From Patescibacteria group bacterium (GTDB lineage: Bacteria > Patescibacteriota > Doudnabacteria > UBA920), in the NCBI GenBank assembly GCA_023484515.1, contig JAMDAY010000030.1:1320-65319 (forward strand): a DNA stretch of 64,000 nucleotides, given 5' to 3'. Both the position numbers and the translations under genes were made by a program. Shown here piece after piece: positions 61,093 to 64,000 of the stretch; positions within the stretch are counted from its first letter, which is position 1, and every line of letters begins with the position of its first letter. The notes below the pieces were generated by a model. It did not search any database and was not told the origin of the DNA. It saw nothing but the letters and a program-made list of their open reading frames with translations.

Positions 61093-63882
61093 ATGGCAGA
61101 CGACAATACTACAACTTTAAATCCGGCTGAAAGGGAAGCGGCTCAATCCCCGCAAGAGAACCGGGACAATGGCAGCGGGGGTGACGGCAGTAATTTGCCC
61201 AAGGTTAGGATTCCGGCCAAAGACTGGCATGGGGTCAGGTTTGACCGGCTTGAGGCTGCGGAAAGCCAGAGGGATTCCAAGGGAAATTACATTGTTAAGC
61301 CGTTAGTTTCCATTATTACCATTAGAGGGCAAGGTTTGGCCGGTTACGACCTGGTCAGTTTGAATTTTCAGGGGAAAGATTACATAGTAAGTGATCCCGC
61401 CCCTCCGCGGATAAGGGATAATGCCATAACTTTTACCGTTCCTGATTACCAAAGGACCGGCTTAAGTTCGGGCTGGCTTAAAATTAAGCTGGAAAGCGCT
61501 TTCCGGCCGGAAATTTCGTGCGAATTATTACCCGCGGTATTTTATCAAAGCAAACAAGAACAAGTAGCGGCAAAAGAGGGTGAACAGGAAGAAGAAAGGA
61601 AGAAACGGGGAGCGGAAGGTTCTTCGGATGAGCAAGGCGGAGCGGCTGCACAGGCAAAAAAAAAGCAGGCCGCCGCTCAAGCGGCGGCAGCGGCTCCGGA
61701 AGAAACGCCATCCAAGCTAGGCAAAAAACAACAGGCCGAAAATTTGGACTACGACGAAACAGACGAAAGCGCCGAAGAATCCGCATCCCAAGAAACCGCC
61801 GCCGAAGAGACTGGCGGCGAAGCGGAAATATCCGCAGAATCGCTTTCCGCCCGGGTGACGGCCGAGGGGTCGTCTGCTAACGGAGGCGGCGAAGCGGAAA
61901 TCTCCGTAACGGCTTCCCAAGCCGAAGCGCCTTTAAACATTAACGCATCAGCCCGGCCAGTTGCGCCAGGCGCTGCGCAGGCTGCTCAAGCGGCGGAAAT
62001 TAAGGCGGAAGCGGATTTAACCGGCCAGGCGCAGGCGAAAGCCGAAGTTACGGCGCAGGCGGAAACACCGGGAGTTTCCGTTAAAGCGGAAGAGTCTGTT
62101 AAAACCCAGGTCGAGGCCAAGGCGCCGGGGGTGTCGGTTCAAGGCCAGGCGCAGGCGAAAGCAGAGGAAGAGGAAAAAATTCAAGGAACAGTAGCCCCGC
62201 CTGCCGCAACCGTATCAGCGCAAGCCACGCGGGAAACCGGAGGCGCTACGCCGGCCAGCGCTAAAATTTCCGGAGGTAAAGCCGGATCCGCAGAAGCGGC
62301 GGTGCAGGCAGGCGGGGAAGCTGATATGGAAACTCCCGCTGCGTCAGTAGCGCCGCAGGTCCAGGCCAAGGCCGCCGCAGAAACGGAAATTGAAAAAGGA
62401 CCGAGCGCACCCTTTGCGTCAGCGGCAGGGCAAACCGGGGCAGGATCTGCGGCAAAACCGGCAGGGGAAGCGTCTGCGTTAGAACAAACCGCAAAAGCTG
62501 AAGGCGCTGAGCGAACTGCGCCTCAGGAAGTTACCCCTAAGCAAGAACAGGAAAATCCGGCGAAACCGGAAGAGGAAGCTGACCAACCTGAAAAGATAAA
62601 AACCCCGGCAACAAGCGCACAGGCAGGTAAATCTGCGCCAACAATTCCGCCAAAAGGCGGAGTAACGGACGTACAAGGCCCGGAAACGAGCCTGGAAGCC
62701 GGCGGCAAGGCGGGGATTCCGCCGCAATACGCCCAAATGCTGGGCAAGTTAAAGGAGAACGACGCGCTTCGCGGCCAGCCCGGGGCAATAAAAGGGAAAG
62801 ATCAAATTATTGCCGCTCCCAAGCCGGAAGGCAGCCTGGCGGCAAAGCAGCAGGCAGAAGCAAAACCGGGAATAGACGGGGAAAAATTGAAAAAAGGCAA
62901 AGAATTGGGGATGCGGCAAGGCCAAATGGACGGAATTGGCCGCCCTGCGGCAGAAAGAAAAGACCAGGCTGAAGAACCGGTTCCGGAAGAACCGGGATCT
63001 GCTATCCCCCCGAAACCAAACATGGGAGCGGAAAAACCGGAAGAAGAAAATTCGGAAACGGAACAGCCGCAGGAAGAGGAAGGGCAGGAAGAGGGACCTG
63101 AAGAAATGCCGCCAGTTGTGCCGCCGCGGCCCGGCTTAAAGCAGGAAGCGGCAGGCGCCGTTAAATCTGCTGCCGCAGGCTTGGCAAAGCGATACATTAA
63201 AAAGGTCGCTCTGTCCGCCTTGCTTTGGGTGGGGGCGACCATTGGCGCGGTATTAATTTTCCTGCTGCCGCTTATAGGGTCCATGCTCGTTATTTGCAAA
63301 ACCGCTTCCATTAACGGCAAAGCCATCTTGCCCGGAGTTTGCGAATCATTCCAAAACATCTCCAATCTGACCGGCAGCATGTTTACTTCCACGCCTCCTC
63401 CAATATCACTGCCAGGAGGCCCTTGCTCGCCAGCATTATCCGGTCCGGCCAGCGTAGCCAGCTTGCAGACTACTTGCTTTGGACAATACGCTCCCTATGC
63501 TTCCATAATCGCCAATGCGGAAAGCGGCGGTGACTTTGCCAGGGGAAGCGCCTCGGACAAGTGCAATGCCGACGGAAAGGTGTTTTCCTGGGGTTTGTTT
63601 CAGATTAATTTAATGATGCACCCTATAAAAGATCCCGGCACTGGCAATACCCTAAATTGCCCTGCGGCTTTCAGGGTAGATCCTAAAAACTATGTTAAAA
63701 GAGACGCTAATGGTAAAATATATTATGATTGCCAGGTAAAGAACCAGACGCTTTATGACCAGTGCGTAAAGGCGGCCATTAATCCAACCGCCAATATCCA
63801 GGCTGCCTGCCAAATTTCCAGCAACGGAAAAAATTGGAATGCCTGGAGCACAAATGCCAAGTGCAGCAAGGTTACTCCTTAA
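61093..63882 (+). CDS. acidic low-complexity protein with TM and C-terminal lytic transglycosylase-like domain
   Basis: IANAESGG, SWGLFQIN, NIQAA...W.AWS. Confidence 0.75.
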   Translation: MADDNTTTLNPAEREAAQSPQENRDNGSGGDGSNLPKVRIPAKDWHGVRFDRLEAAESQRDSKGNYIVKPLVSIITIRGQGLAGYDLVSLNFQGKDYIVSDPAPPRIRDNAITFTVPDYQRTGLSSGWLKIKLESAFRPEISCELLPAVFYQSKQEQVAAKEGEQEEERKKRGAEGSSDEQGGAAAQAKKKQAAAQAAAAAPEETPSKLGKKQQAENLDYDETDESAEESASQETAAEETGGEAEISAESLSARVTAEGSSANGGGEAEISVTASQAEAPLNINASARPVAPGAAQAAQAAEIKAEADLTGQAQAKAEVTAQAETPGVSVKAEESVKTQVEAKAPGVSVQGQAQAKAEEEEKIQGTVAPPAATVSAQATRETGGATPASAKISGGKAGSAEAAVQAGGEADMETPAASVAPQVQAKAAAETEIEKGPSAPFASAAGQTGAGSAAKPAGEASALEQTAKAEGAERTAPQEVTPKQEQENPAKPEEEADQPEKIKTPATSAQAGKSAPTIPPKGGVTDVQGPETSLEAGGKAGIPPQYAQMLGKLKENDALRGQPGAIKGKDQIIAAPKPEGSLAAKQQAEAKPGIDGEKLKKGKELGMRQGQMDGIGRPAAERKDQAEEPVPEEPGSAIPPKPNMGAEKPEEENSETEQPQEEEGQEEGPEEMPPVVPPRPGLKQEAAGAVKSAAAGLAKRYIKKVALSALLWVGATIGAVLIFLLPLIGSMLVICKTASINGKAILPGVCESFQNISNLTGSMFTSTPPPISLPGGPCSPALSGPASVASLQTTCFGQYAPYASIIANAESGGDFARGSASDKCNADGKVFSWGLFQINLMMHPIKDPGTGNTLNCPAAFRVDPKNYVKRDANGKIYYDCQVKNQTLYDQCVKAAINPTANIQAACQISSNGKNWNAWSTNAKCSKVTP

Positions 63883-64000
63883 ACGAATTTATGCCTATAA
63901 AAAATAACAAAATTTATAAATGGACAGGGATATTGGCAATAGTTTTGCTGTTTGTTTTTAGCGTCATTTATGCCCTTAAAAATCCCTCTTCTAATACTAA

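Overview
Probably a Patescibacteria/CPR chromosome segment. This is an inference from the gene repertoire; the code is standard 11, with TGA as stop. Left part (<1-24200) is an accessory island abutting the 3' end of tmRNA. It holds a CBASS-type CD-NTase that runs off the window edge, a complete diversity-generating retroelement (1383-aa target with VR, Avd, TR, RT; 17/17 TR-VR mismatches at TR adenines), RadC, a conjugation-like module (VirD4, Replic_Relax, pilin, VirB6, PrgI, VirB4, M23), a bacterial ubiquitination-like operon (Ubl, Cys-less E2, JAB-E1, DUF6527) and a large serine recombinase (LSR). Most striking: the ubiquitination operon and LSR lie between two perfect 127-bp inverted repeats (19824-19950 / 24074-24200). 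Inverting that segment would swap the LSR C-terminus from a 63-aa tmRNA-antisense tail to a compact tail (KILNAAKTYFMQNP*) encoded outside the left repeat, and tmRNA would stay intact. Right part is core chromosome (smpB, argS, ileS, recO, pcrA, rsmA) plus a resident T4SS-like locus. It carries many degenerate 7-9-mer inverted-repeat 'loop-out' elements, some enclosing GxxExxY or four-helix-bundle genes, some empty and some inserted in frame in essential genes.
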